Shown: positions 34,775-45,700 of the stretch, in pieces
How positions within the stretch are numbered: the stretch's first letter is position 1
Layout of the letters: the number at the start of each line of letters is the position of its first letter
Origin: Elusimicrobiota bacterium
GTDB taxonomy: Bacteria > Elusimicrobiota > Elusimicrobia > UBA1565 > UBA9628
Direction of reading: 5' to 3'
Length of the DNA: 50,845 nt
Assembly: GCA_023700845.1 (NCBI GenBank)
Contig: JAMPYD010000001.1
Location: 1 to 50,845 of the forward strand
Position numbers and translations under genes: made by a program
The notes under the pieces: model-generated
What the model was told of the DNA's origin: nothing
Seen by the model: only the letters and a program-made list of their open reading frames with translations
The model's database searches: none

Positions 34775-35566
34775 ATGGAAAAACGACGACTGATCGGAGC
34801 GCTGGCGGCGGTCTTGCTGTGCGCGGCGGGCCCGGCCTCGGCCGAGGAGCTCCTCTGGAAGATGAGCTCCTCGCTCAACTACGAATCGGGGACCTACGGG
34901 ACCGGGACGCGGACGAACTCGCTGTACGTGCCCTTCACCTTGCGGCGCGCCTTCGGCGACGCCTTCGCGTCCGTGACCGTGCCCTTCGTCAGCATGACCA
35001 GCGACGGCGGGGTGCGCAACGTCGGCGGGCGGCCGAGCCGGACGGCCGGCCGCGCGACCGTCGCGGGGACGCGCACGACCCGCTCCGGCCTCGGCGATAT
35101 CGTCCTGCGCGGCGGCTACGATCTGCTGCGCGACGATCCTCATCCTCTCGACCTGACCGTGGTCGCCAAGGTCAAGGCCCCGACGGCGAGCCGCTCCGAG
35201 GGCCTCGGCACGGGGGAGTTCGACGCCGGGGCCGGCGTGGAGCTCGCCAAGCTCGTCGCCCCCGGCTGGACCGTCCTGGCCGACGCCTACTTCACCGCCA
35301 TCGGCGACCCGCCCGGCACGGACCTCGACAATCAGCTCGCCGTCGACGTCGGCTTCTCCCGGGCCCTCAAGGAGGACCTGACCTTGACCGTGCTGCTCGA
35401 GGCCAGCAACGCCCTCGTCCCCGGCGAGCCGGGCCCGCGCGACCTGCGCGCCATCATCGAGCACCGTTTCGACGAGCGCGCCGCGGTGTTCGGCGGCGGC
35501 TCGGTGGGGCTCTCCAACGGCAGCGCCGATTACGGCGTCAGCCTCGGCGGGAGCGTACGCTTTTGA
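34775..35566 (+). CDS. outer-membrane beta-barrel protein (MetA-pathway/transporter-like, tentative)
   Basis: 263 aa. Signal peptide is LIGALAAVLLCAAGPASA. The sequence has an alternating beta-strand pattern with GLGDIVLRGGYDL and GTGEFDAGAGVEL, and a C-terminal aromatic residue (..GGSVRF). Confidence 0.58.
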   Translation: MEKRRLIGALAAVLLCAAGPASAEELLWKMSSSLNYESGTYGTGTRTNSLYVPFTLRRAFGDAFASVTVPFVSMTSDGGVRNVGGRPSRTAGRATVAGTRTTRSGLGDIVLRGGYDLLRDDPHPLDLTVVAKVKAPTASRSEGLGTGEFDAGAGVELAKLVAPGWTVLADAYFTAIGDPPGTDLDNQLAVDVGFSRALKEDLTLTVLLEASNALVPGEPGPRDLRAIIEHRFDERAAVFGGGSVGLSNGSADYGVSLGGSVRF

Positions 35567-35580
35567 TCCAAAGGAGGAAC

Positions 35581-36069
35581 ATGAAAATCGCAACGCTGTG
35601 CCTGACGGCCGGCCTGGCCCTGTTCGCCGCGTCGAACGCGGCGGCCGAGGACGCGCCTGTCGCGAAGGACGGGACGGTCGCCCGCGACGGCGGCCGCTCC
35701 GCTAAGCTGCAGGGAGACTACAAGGTGGACGAAGCCCGCGTGGACGGCCTGCGCGAGCGCAAGCTCGGCTACGGCGAGATCTCGCACGTGCTCGGGATCG
35801 CCGAGACGATGCCGGGCGGGATCACGGACGCGAACGTGGACGCGATCATGGCGCTGCGCGCCGGCCCGCCGGTCATGGGCTGGGGCCAGATCGCCAAGAA
35901 GCAGGGGACGACGCTCGGGAAGATCCGCGGCGGAGCCGCCGCGGGAAAATCGGCCAAGCCCGAGAAGGCCGGCAAGCCCGAGAAGGGAGCGCGGCCCGAG
36001 AAGGCCGCCCGTCCCGAGAAGGCCGCGCGAGCCGAGAGGCCCGCCAAGCCGGAACGCGCCAGCCGTTAG
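35581..36069 (+). CDS. secreted protein with C-terminal [K/R]PEKA repeats
   Basis: The ATG at 35581 is preceded by AGGAGGAAC. Signal peptide is MKIATLCLTAGLALFAASNAAA. The tail reads KPEKAGKPEKGARPEKAARPEKAARAERPAKPERA. Confidence 0.6.
   Translation: MKIATLCLTAGLALFAASNAAAEDAPVAKDGTVARDGGRSAKLQGDYKVDEARVDGLRERKLGYGEISHVLGIAETMPGGITDANVDAIMALRAGPPVMGWGQIAKKQGTTLGKIRGGAAAGKSAKPEKAGKPEKGARPEKAARPEKAARAERPAKPERASR
35950..36060 (+). repeat. degenerate 15-nt tandem coding repeats ([K/R]PEKA)
   Basis: Units of the form aagcccgagaaggcc are repeated about six times with variation. Confidence 0.7.
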
Positions 36070-36118
36070 GCGCTGAAAGGCGGCCGGGCCTCCTCGAGGC
36101 CCGGCCGCTTCTATTTCC

Positions 36119-37315
36119 CTAAAAAAGGAACATCGCCTTGACGCTGCCGCCGTCCCAGGCCTTGCCCGGCTTGTCGGCGTCGAGCACCCCGCCGAAGGTC
36201 AGCAGCCCCGCCGTCCCGAACTTCACCTCGAGCGACGCCCCGAGCTTGGCCTCGCCGACGGTCTCGTAGCGTTCCGGCTGCCCGCCGCCCGGATGGCGGA
36301 CGCGGTTCTCGCCGAGGGCGCACGACGGGGTCAGCTCGGACGTCAGGCGCTCGCTCAGGCTCCGGCGCCAGCGCACGTAGGGCTGGACCTCCCAGCGACG
36401 GTAGAACGTCCCCGCGGAAGGCGAGCCCGGCAGGTCGGTGCGGGCCGCGCGCAGGAGGAAGGCCGTCCCCGGCTCGAGCTCGTCGCGGAGGCTCGGGCGC
36501 ACGCGCGCCGAGGCGGAGAGCTCGTGCACCTTCCGGCGCGCCTCCTCCGAGGTCCCGGTCCCGCCGGGCGCCACGCTGTCGATCTTGGTCTGCGTCTCGA
36601 AGGAATAGCGCAGCAGCGGCGCCCAGCCCTCGGCCGTGCCGGCCTCCGCCGAGGCCCGCGCGCGCCGGTAGAAGAACGAGCGCCGCTCGTCGGGCACCTC
36701 CCGCCGCGTCGGCTCGTCGAGGTCGGCCGCCAGCCTCAGGCTCCAGGCGCCGAGGGGGGCGCGCACGGAGACCTCGTCGGTGTACGGATACAGCGAATAG
36801 CTCTCGGTCGAGCTGCCGCGCGCGTTGAGGTTCCAGTCCACGACCAGCCGCCGCGCCCGCGCCTCCCAGCCCCCGCGCCGCCAGCGCGCCCCGAAGCCGA
36901 TGTCCGCGTTCTCCTTGCGGTACATCGGCTCGCCGAAAAGTTCGGCCGAAAACCCGGCCCCGAGGTCCTTCTCGAACTCGAGCCAGGCGTGCGTCTCCTG
37001 CCGGTCCTTATCGGAAAGCTCCGTGAACCGGAAACGGAACTCCAGCCCGGGCGTGAGGCGGCGCGTGAACAGCATCGTCTGGTCCAGGTACAGGTCGCAG
37101 CAATCGAGGCTCGCGCCGTTCACGCGATATCCTCCCGACGAGGCGGACCAAGCGTCATCCCAAGCGCGCGCCCATCCGAAGGTTTTGACGTCGAGAAAAT
37201 ATTCGGAGTCGAACAAAGGCTCGGTGTCGGTCCGATCCATCAGCGAGCGCACGAAGATGGCGTGACCGGGAATCGTTAAAAGGAGGAAAACGGCGGCGCC
37301 GAACACTCGCTTCAC
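36119..37315 (-). CDS. hypothetical outer-membrane beta-barrel protein
   Basis: 398 aa. It has a signal-like N-terminus (GTG start), beta-strand periodicity throughout and a C-terminal ..VKAMFLF. Confidence 0.55.
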   Translation of the reverse strand: MKRVFGAAVFLLLTIPGHAIFVRSLMDRTDTEPLFDSEYFLDVKTFGWARAWDDAWSASSGGYRVNGASLDCCDLYLDQTMLFTRRLTPGLEFRFRFTELSDKDRQETHAWLEFEKDLGAGFSAELFGEPMYRKENADIGFGARWRRGGWEARARRLVVDWNLNARGSSTESYSLYPYTDEVSVRAPLGAWSLRLAADLDEPTRREVPDERRSFFYRRARASAEAGTAEGWAPLLRYSFETQTKIDSVAPGGTGTSEEARRKVHELSASARVRPSLRDELEPGTAFLLRAARTDLPGSPSAGTFYRRWEVQPYVRWRRSLSERLTSELTPSCALGENRVRHPGGGQPERYETVGEAKLGASLEVKFGTAGLLTFGGVLDADKPGKAWDGGSVKAMFLF

Positions 37316-37338
37316 GCCGTTATTATAGAATCTCGGGA

Positions 37339-37674
37339 GTGACCGCCGCCGAATTTTGGCCTTACTACGTGTCCCAACACCTGAATCCGGTGAATCGCCG
37401 TCTTCACGCGGTCGGTACGTCGCTGGGGCTCGTCCTCGCCGCCGTGGCCCTCATATGGCGCGCCCCTGTCGTTGCCGTTTCATCCGTTGTCGTGGCGTAT
37501 GCCTTCGCCTGGGCCGGTCACTTCTTCTACGAGAAGAACCGTCCTGCGACGTTGAAATATCCGTTGTTGTCCTTGCGCGCTGATTTCCGAATGTATTGGC
37601 TCACGCTGACGGGAGAGATGGACACCGAGATCCTTCTCCTGATGAAAGACCTCAAACGGCTGCGCGAGGTCTGA
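37339..37674 (+). CDS. DUF962 (Mpo1-like) membrane protein
   Basis: 111 aa. FWPYYVSQHLNPVNRRLHAVGTSLG...AWAGHFFYEKNRPATLKYPLLSLRADFRMYWL matches my memory of this family closely. Confidence 0.72.
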   Translation: MTAAEFWPYYVSQHLNPVNRRLHAVGTSLGLVLAAVALIWRAPVVAVSSVVVAYAFAWAGHFFYEKNRPATLKYPLLSLRADFRMYWLTLTGEMDTEILLLMKDLKRLREV

Positions 37675-39577
37675 AGAACTCGCCCAGCTCGTCCAGCCCG
37701 CTTATCTTTTTACACGGCGGCAGCGACCGCAGGAACACCTTCCCATAGCCTTTTTTCAGCACCCGCGAGTCCAGGCACACCACCGCCCCGCGGTCCGTCC
37801 CCGTCCGGATCAGCCGCCCGAACCCCTGGCGGAACTTCATCACCGCGCGCGGCAAGGACCAATCCTTGAAGTAATCCCGTCCGTTCTCCTCGAGCCAGCG
37901 CCGCCTCGCTTCCTCGAGGGCCGACGAGACGTTGGGGAACGGGAGCTTGACCAGCACGACGCAGGACAGCGCCTCGCCCGGCACGTCGATGCCCTGCCAG
38001 AAGGTGTCCACGCCCAGCAGCACCGCGTCGCCGGCGTCCTCGAACTCGCGCACGAGCGCGTCGTGGCCCGACACGCCTTGGGCCCACACCGGGCGTCCGG
38101 GGATCCTCTTTCGCAGCAGGCCGTGCACCTTGCGCAGCAGGCGCCAGCTCGAGAACAGGAGGAACACCCCGCCCGGCACGCGCGCGACGATGTCCGCGCA
38201 CGCCTGCGTGACCGCGGCGGCGTGCGCCTCCTCGTCCTTGGGATCGGGCAGGCCCTCGACGGCCCAGAACGCGGCCTGGGTCGAGTAGTCGTAGGGGGAG
38301 TCGAGCACGAGCTCCCGCGCCTCGGGCAGGCCCACGCGCGCCTTGAAGTCCTTGAGGCCGTCGCCCGTCGACAAGGTCGCCGATGTCAGGATCGCGGGGA
38401 TGCCGCGGGAGAACAGGCCCTCGGCCAGGCGCCGGCCCACGTCGAGGGGGGCGGCGCGCAGCTCCGGGCCCGTGCGCGGCCACGCCACCCAGCGGGCGGT
38501 CGCCGAGGATTCCGGCTTGAGCACCGCCATGAGGTCGTGGCCGAACTGCGCCACGCGCGCGTGGAGCATGCGCATCTCGGTCTCGTCGGGCCGGCCCTCG
38601 GCGGCCGCCGCGGCTTCCGCCAACGCCTTGTCGAGCGCGAGCAAGGCCGCGGGCGGCGCGTCGGGCGTCGACTCGAGGAGCTTGCCCTGGTTCTCCTCAT
38701 CGGGCTCCTTCAGGCCGTTCTCGCGGGCCAGGTCCACGAAAAAGCCGCCGAGCTCGGAGGCCGCCTGCGCCGCGCGCTCCGCCAAGGCCTCGTCGGCGTA
38801 CAGCATCGCCGAGACCTTGACCTCCTCGGTCAGCTCCACCGCGCGGTGCAAGCCCGCGGTCACGCCGTAGCGCGCGGAGGCGGCGTCCTCGAGGTTGTGC
38901 GCCTCGTCGAGGATCATCGCGTCGGAAGGCGGCAGGCGCGCGCCCGACAGCAGCAAGGCGTGGTTGACGACGAGGATGTGAGCGCGGTCGGCGCGCTCCC
39001 GGTCGCGCCGCCACAGGCAGCGGTCCCAATACGGCCCGCCGGGCCCCATGCAGACGTCGGTGTCGCGCGCCACGCGGTCCCAGATGTTCTGCGGGATCAG
39101 CTCCGGCAGCGCCGAGCGGTGTCCGGACTGCGCGTCGCGGGTCCAGACGTCGAGCTTCTCGATGATCTCTTTGCCGGTCTCGGAGACGGAGTCCGGTCTC
39201 GCTCGAAGCCTCGCCAGCCGTTGGACGCACAGATAATTGTCCGCCCCCATGAGCATGGCATACCTGAGGGGGAGCCCCAGAGCCTCCAGTGCGCGGGCCG
39301 CGGTGGGAAGCTCGTGGTTCATCAGCTGTTCCTGGAGGGCTCGCGTGTGCGTGGACACGATCACCCTCCGGTCCCGCGTCGCCGCCCACAGCGCCGCCGG
39401 CAGGAGATAGGCGAGGCTCTTGCCCACGCCGGTGCCCGCCTCCACGACGAGGTCCCCGCCGCGCTCGAGCGACTGCCACACCGCGCCCGCCATCGCCTCC
39501 TGGGGAGGCCGGGGCTCATAGCCCGCGCGCGCGCGCGCCAAAGCGCCTTCCGGCCCGAACAGCGCGGCGAGATCCAT
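37652..39577 (-). CDS. dinG: DinG/XPD-family ATP-dependent DNA helicase
   Basis: I chose the start at MDLAALF (39577). Motifs include EAGTGVGKSLAYLLPA (Walker A), ILDEAHNLEDAA (DEAH box) and a C-terminal FRQGFGRLIR. The track start at 39745 adds a Cys/Arg-rich leader that does not look like coding sequence. Confidence 0.85.
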   Translation of the reverse strand: MDLAALFGPEGALARARAGYEPRPPQEAMAGAVWQSLERGGDLVVEAGTGVGKSLAYLLPAALWAATRDRRVIVSTHTRALQEQLMNHELPTAARALEALGLPLRYAMLMGADNYLCVQRLARLRARPDSVSETGKEIIEKLDVWTRDAQSGHRSALPELIPQNIWDRVARDTDVCMGPGGPYWDRCLWRRDRERADRAHILVVNHALLLSGARLPPSDAMILDEAHNLEDAASARYGVTAGLHRAVELTEEVKVSAMLYADEALAERAAQAASELGGFFVDLARENGLKEPDEENQGKLLESTPDAPPAALLALDKALAEAAAAAEGRPDETEMRMLHARVAQFGHDLMAVLKPESSATARWVAWPRTGPELRAAPLDVGRRLAEGLFSRGIPAILTSATLSTGDGLKDFKARVGLPEARELVLDSPYDYSTQAAFWAVEGLPDPKDEEAHAAAVTQACADIVARVPGGVFLLFSSWRLLRKVHGLLRKRIPGRPVWAQGVSGHDALVREFEDAGDAVLLGVDTFWQGIDVPGEALSCVVLVKLPFPNVSSALEEARRRWLEENGRDYFKDWSLPRAVMKFRQGFGRLIRTGTDRGAVVCLDSRVLKKGYGKVFLRSLPPCKKISGLDELGEFFRPRAAV

Positions 39578-39621
39578 GCGACATTGTAGTATTTCGCCGA
39601 TGACGCACCGAAAACACGGAT

Positions 39622-39721
39622 GACTATCCTCAAGGATAGTCGCATCGCACCACTGATTCCGGAAACAGTTGCAATGCGGGGGTCTGACCCCAAACAACGC
39701 AACAACGGGAGGTCTGACCCC
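39622..39721. promoter_or_regulatory. structured dinG upstream region: an 8-bp-arm palindrome and two 11-nt direct repeats 30 nt apart
   Basis: GACTATCC-tcaa-GGATAGTC is at 39622-39641. GGTCTGACCCC occurs at 39681-39691 and 39711-39721. Confidence 0.3.
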
Positions 39722-39736
39722 TACAGCGTGAACCCA

Positions 39737-39756
39737 AACTCGCACCGGTGCGAGTT
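39737..39756 (-). terminator. hairpin immediately after the giant gene stop
   Basis: AACTCGCACCGGTGCGAGTT is a perfect 20-nt palindrome, followed on the minus strand by TGGGTT (weak U-tract). Confidence 0.45.
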
Positions 39757-39757
39757 C

Positions 39758-42700
39758 TTAGAGCGACGCGAGCCGAAGGGCGAGGGGGGACTCGCCGGGC
39801 ATGTTCACGGTGAGGGACTTCACCGCCTCCTCGGCGGCGCGGCGGGCGGCGAGGGCGGCGGAGAGGGAGGCCTCGGCGGCGGCGACCTCGGCGTCGAAGT
39901 CGGACTTGGCCTCGGGACGAGCCTCGAGCTTGCGCAGCTCCTCTTCATACAGGCGCAGGCGCGCGTCCTGGCCCTCGGCGCCGAGCTCGAGCAGGAAGCT
40001 CAGGACCACGCGGTCGGTCGCCGCGCGGCGCGGGTCGGCGGAGATCGTGCCGCCGCCGGCGCCGGCGCCGAGGCCGAGCTCGGCCAAAGCGGCGAGGAAG
40101 GCGGCGCGGCCGGTCTCGGTGCGGGTGTAGGCCTCGGCGTAATTGCCCGCGCGTCCGCGCACGGTCTCGAGGACCTCGCGGCGGGCGCCGCCGCGGAAGG
40201 CGGACAGGGCCTCGGCGCGGGCCGCCTCGCGGTCCTCCTGGGCCCAGCGGGCCTCGCGCAGCAATGCGCCCGAGCCGAACACGAGGTTCAGGCGGCCGTC
40301 GAGCGTGCGCGGGTCCTTGGAGCTCGCCGCGTCGCCGGGATTGAGGGGGCCGTCGCCGTCGACGACGGAGGGGAACTGGCTCGGGTCGAAGTACCGCTGG
40401 ACGGGGTCAGGAAGGATGCCGAGGATGTCGATCGCGTGGAGCAGGGTCCCGCCGGGGCCGCGGCGGATCGTCGCGCCGCCCTCGCCTCGGCGCGCGTAGG
40501 CCCCGCCCAGGTAGCCGTGCTGGTTCGGGTCGCGGCCGGTGATGAGCTCGATCGGGATCTGGACGACGCCGCGCGGGATCTCGAGGACGAGGTCGGGCCA
40601 CTGCCCGGGGGAGTAGGCCCAGTGCCGGGCCGCGCTGGCCGCCGAGCGGGCGGCCTCGAGGCGCGCGTCGTTGAGCTCGCGTCCGAGGTGCACCGTGAAG
40701 CCGTTGGCGGGATCGATCCAGCGCTTGGGCTTGGAGGTGGGGGCATACTCCGCGTCGGTGTCCTTCCAGACGCGGCCGGACGCGTCCTCGACCCACCAGC
40801 CGCCGGCCTTACCCGCCAGCTCGTCCTTGTCGTGGAACACGCGCCGCACGCGGCCCTGCGCGTCCGTCTCGAGGGCCAGCGGCTCCGCGCCGAGCCAGGT
40901 GGCGGCGACGCCGCCGAGGGGGATCGTCTTGGCTCCGACGCGCACGGAGACGACGGTGCCGTCCGCGCCGAGCCCCACGGAAAGCTCCGCGGTCTTGTGG
41001 AACGTCCACTTGTGCCCCGGGTCCTTGGGGTCCTCGGCCTCCTCGGCCGCCTTCTTCAGCTCCTTCTCGTCGAGATAGACCGCGCTCACCTCGCCGGCGG
41101 CGTCGAGGGCGAACCCCCAGGACGACAGCTTGAGCTTGAGCCAGCCGGCGCGGCGGGCCGTCAGCGCCTGCGCGCGAGCCTCCTCGGCGAGCGCGAGCAG
41201 CCCGGCGCGCCCGAGGTCGGCGCGACGGTAGGAAGCCGACGCGCCCGAGGCTTCGAGCGCCTCGAGCGAGGGGTACGCCGCGGGGTCCGGAGCGGGGCCG
41301 TCGACGCGCACGAACGCGACGAGCTCGGAGGGAGCGCGCAGGCGCGCGGCGGGGACGGGCAGGGCCTTGCGCAGGCCGGTGCGCGGGTCGGGGCGGGCCT
41401 CGAACCACAGGACGCGGCCCTCGCCCTCGAGACGACGCAGGTCGGCCAGCGCCAAGGACGCGCCTACGGCGCCGCCCTCGAGGACGACCTCGGAGGAGAG
41501 CAGGGCCCGGTCGAGCGCGGCGCGACGGGCCGCTGCGGCGCGGCGCGCGCGCACCTCGGCCAGGCGCTCGCGCGCGGCGTCGTCGCCCTCGACCACCTCG
41601 ATCCAGCCCGTCTCGAGCGCCTGCGCGGCCGTCTCCGGGACCCGGCCGACCCAGCTCTCGGGCGCCACGAAGCGGCGGCCCGCGAGGTCGCTGACGCGCC
41701 CGGCCGCCTCGAGCCGGCGGACCTCCGCCGGCGAGGACCACGTCACGCCCTTGGACCCGCGCAGGGCGACGAGGGCGGGAAGGGCGTCGGTGCGGCCGAT
41801 CCAGCGGGCCTTCATCGCGCGCAGGAAGGCGACGGTTTCCGAAGCGGGCGCGATCTCACGCGTCTCCGTCGGGTCGAACCGCAGCGCGCGCAGGCGCGAT
41901 TCGCCGAGCGCGATGGACGCCTCGAGCGTGAGGATGCCGCGGCCGTACTGGAGGCGGTCGCGGCGGCGCGCGAGGCTCTCGCGCACGCCGAACAGGCCGT
42001 CGAGCGAGCGCGTCCAGGCCGCGTCGGCCGCGGCCTCGGGAAGCTCGAGGACGGCGGCGAGCTCGGCGTCGAACGCGTCGAGCGCGCTGACGTAGGCGTC
42101 GAGGGCCTGGTCCTTGAGGAGATGGTCGCGCGGCGAGGTGGAGCGCGCGAGCCACGCCGCCTGCGCCTCGCGGCGCAGCCCGGCGACGCGGGCGTCGAGG
42201 TCGATGAGCCGGCGCACGGGCCCGTCGAGCGCGGGCGGCGCCTTGACCGCCGACCAGTAGACGCGGGAGAGCTCGGCGTTGACCCCGCCCTCCCGGGCGA
42301 GCACGGAGCCTTCGAGCTCGGCCGAGGCCGACGCTTCCTGGCGCAGGAAGCCCATCAGGCCGGTCCACGAGGCGCCGCGCGCGGGGTCGGCGGACTGCAG
42401 CTCGGAGAGGATGCGGGACAAGGTCCCTTCGATGAGCCGGCGGCGGCCCTGCAGGTCGACCTTCATCAGCCGGTCGAGACGCTCGGCGGGATCGTAGTCG
42501 TTGCTCTTCACCGCGGCCGCGTCCTTCGCGGCGACGCGGTAGCGCTCGACGAGCACGCGCAGCTCGGCGCGGATGGACTCCGGCGCGCCGGCGAGCAGCT
42601 CGTCGTTGCGGCGCTCGAAATCGGCGTCGAGGAGGCGGTCGGCCCACCAGGCGAGCAGGCGGGCGCGGGCGGTGCGCTCGGCGGGTTCTAAAGGATCGCG

Positions 42701-45700
42701 GTCGCCGGCGGTGGAGCGCGAGCGCGCGTAGACCGCGGGGGAGATGCCGAGCGCGGAGAGCTCGCCGGTCAGGCGCGCGAAGTCCTCGGCGAGGGCCTGG
42801 GTGGCGGCCACGAACTCGAACTGCGCGCGCGCGGCCTCGGCCTGGGCGGAGGCGATCTCGGAGACGGGGGAGAGCTTCATGCGCACGCGCTCGACGGAGC
42901 CGAGCAGGTCGCGGCGGGCGGCCAGCTCGCGCAGCCTCAGGGCGGCGACCAGCCGGGTCTTCTCGGCGACCGAGGCCATCAAGGTGTGGAGCAGCAAGGA
43001 CAGGCCCTGCAGGCGGCGGGAGTCCTCCAGCTCGCGGCGCAGGGCGTCGTCGATGACCTCGACGAGGCCGGCGCGCACGCGCTCGGGGTCCGGCGCCTCG
43101 AGGAAGGCGCCCTGCACCCAGGTGCCGCGGAACAGGCCGATGGCGGCCATCGGCGTGAAGCCGCGCGAGCTCATCTTCTCGGCGAGCAGGTCGGCGCGCA
43201 GCTGCGGCAGGCGGTCGCGGCCGGAGAGCTCCTCGGGCAGGCCCGAGGTGAACAGCGTGTCCTTGAGCAGCTCGAGATCGAAGGCTTCCGCCTCGGCGAC
43301 CTCGCGCGCGGCGGCGGACGCGAGGTCCCCGTCGGACGGGGCCGGCAGCAGGGCGAGCAAGGCCTCCGGCGGGGTGCCGGGCGGGAGGTGGAGGAAGGCC
43401 GCGGTCTCCGCGAGGTCCCGGGCGACGCGCGCGCGCGCCTCGGCGCCGATGCCGACGCCCTCGGACCAGCGCATCAGCGCCGCGTCGAAGCGCAGGCGCG
43501 CCAGCGCCATGTCGGCGCGCGCCCGGGCGGCGGCGGCGCCGGAGCGGCGGACCTCGTCGGCGCGGTCCTCGCGCAGGCGGGCCAGCGCGGCCATCGCCTC
43601 GGGGGGCGTCGACGGGCTGCGCAGGCGCGCCTCGAGCCAGCCCTCGACGAAGGAGCGGCCGATGGGGTCGCCCGACAGGGTCTGGCGGTGATCGTAGAAG
43701 CGCACCGAGCCGGTCGCGTCGAGCGGCGGGGCCGTCTCGAAGGCCCCCAGGTCGCCGTGGTCGTACTTCGGAGGAGCCTGGCGGAGCGCGGCCTCGCGCA
43801 GACGGTCGCGAAGCTCGGCGTAGGTCGCCGGCAGGCTCGCGGCCTCGGCCGCCGTCGAGGAGCCCCACATCGAGATCTGGGCGCGGAGCATCGCCTCCTG
43901 ACGGTCGAGCTCCAGCGCGCGCGCCCGGGACTCCGCGTCCCCGCGCCCGGCGAGCGCCGCGCGGGCGGCGCGCACCCGCGAGAGCTCGGAGCCCAGGCGA
44001 GCGCGGGCGGCGGGCAGGGCCTCGTCGAAGGCCTCGAGCGCGCGCTCCGCGGACAACGTCCGCTCGCGGGCGATCGCGACGACCTCGGGCGACGGCACGC
44101 CGTCGCCGGACAGCGCCGAGATCAGGCGCCCCAGCGAGCGGCCGACCATCGAGATCGGGTCGAGGCGCAGGCGGTCGACGCGCAGCCCCTTGTCCACGGC
44201 GGCCTCGACGGCGCGCGCGATCCTCAGTCGCGACTCGAGCGCCTCGCGGGCGGCGGCGGCGGGGTTCAGCGCGGCGGAGCGCGCGGCGAGCGCGGAGAGG
44301 GCGGTCTCGGCGTCGACGCTGAGCAGGAGGCGGGAGTCGAGCGGGCGGCCGAGGAGGTGGTTGGCGGCGACCTCGGCCTCGCGTCGCCGCGCGATCAGGT
44401 CGCTCAGCGCGGCCCGGGCGGCCCGCAGCTTCTCGGCGGCCCCCGGCGTGCCGTCGAGCGCGGCCTCGAGCGAGGGGATCAGCTCTCCTTCATAGAGCGC
44501 GATCTGCTTGGCCGCGTAGGAGGCCTCGAGCAGGGCCCTCGTCAGGTTCAGCGCCATGTCGGCGGCGGCCTTGTCCTGGAGCCGCGTGTACAGGTCCGCC
44601 TCGGCGCCGCGGCGGCCGGCGTCGAGCTGCCGCAGCTCCTCCGGAGCGAGCTCGATGCCGACGACGGGCAGCACCATGAGGCCGGTGAAGCCGAACGCGG
44701 GGATCAGCGCGACGCCCGCGGCGGTGATGTTCGCGCCGACCGAGAGGTCCACGTCCACCTTGCGGATGCGGCGGTCCGAGGCCTCGAGCAGCTCGCGCGC
44801 CGCCGAGGAGCGCCGCGCGAGGGCCTCCCAGGACGCCGACTGGGCCGTCGCCTGGTCGAAGGCGGCGTTCATGTCCTTGGGCTCCTCGCGCGTCTCGCCG
44901 ACGGGGCTCAGCGGCTGGCCGGCGGCGTCGAGCGAGGCCCACGCGTCGTGCAGGGAGCCCTCGATGCCGAAGGTCAGCGAGTCGGTCGCGGCGTCGAGCC
45001 AGCGGCGCGCGCGGGCGCGCAGCTCGGGCGCGCCGATCAGCGCGTTGCGGTAGAGGCGGATGCCGTCGGAGAGCTCCACGCGCGCCTCGGAGGCCGCCGC
45101 CTCGGCGTCGCGAGTGCGCTCGAACCAGCCCCGCGCGGCGATGCGCTCAGATCTCGCGCGCAGGCGCGTGGACTTCAGCCGCGCGGCCATCTCGAGCATG
45201 GCCGCCTGCGACTGCAGGACGTAGGCGGAGTTGACGTTCCCCTTGGTGGGGGCGTAGATCGGAAGGCGCACCGTCACCGCGACGCCGAGCGCCTGGCTCG
45301 ACAGGAGGTCCGGGAGCTGGGCGCCGACGGAGAGCGTGAACTTCTCGATCCAAGGCACCCAGTCGAGGACGGCCAGCTTGGCCTCGGGCATCTTCATCGA
45401 ACCGCGCGCGCGGGAGAACAGCTCGCCCAGGCGCTCCGGCGAAGCCAGCGCGCGCGCGACCAGGCGCAGGACCCGGTCGAGGTCGTTGGGATTGACGCCG
45501 TCGAAGGGCAGAGGCTCCTCGGGGCCGCGGCCGGTCAGGGACGCGTAGCGCAGCGACGCCCGGCGCAGGTCGTCGGTCGCCTCGATGACGCGCGCCTCGG
45601 CCTCCGCGCGCAGGACCTGGTCCTCGGCGTGCGCCGCGAGGAAGACCGCCAGGTGGCGCTTCCACTTCGCGAGAGCGATCGCGGCCAGGGCCGACTGCCA

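Noticed and set aside
34595-36069. ORFs 34595-35593(-) and 34819-36069(+)
   Set aside because: These are shadow frames over the OMP gene (34775-35566) and the PEK-repeat gene. The latter is taken from the ATG at 35581, which has a strong AGGAGG RBS.
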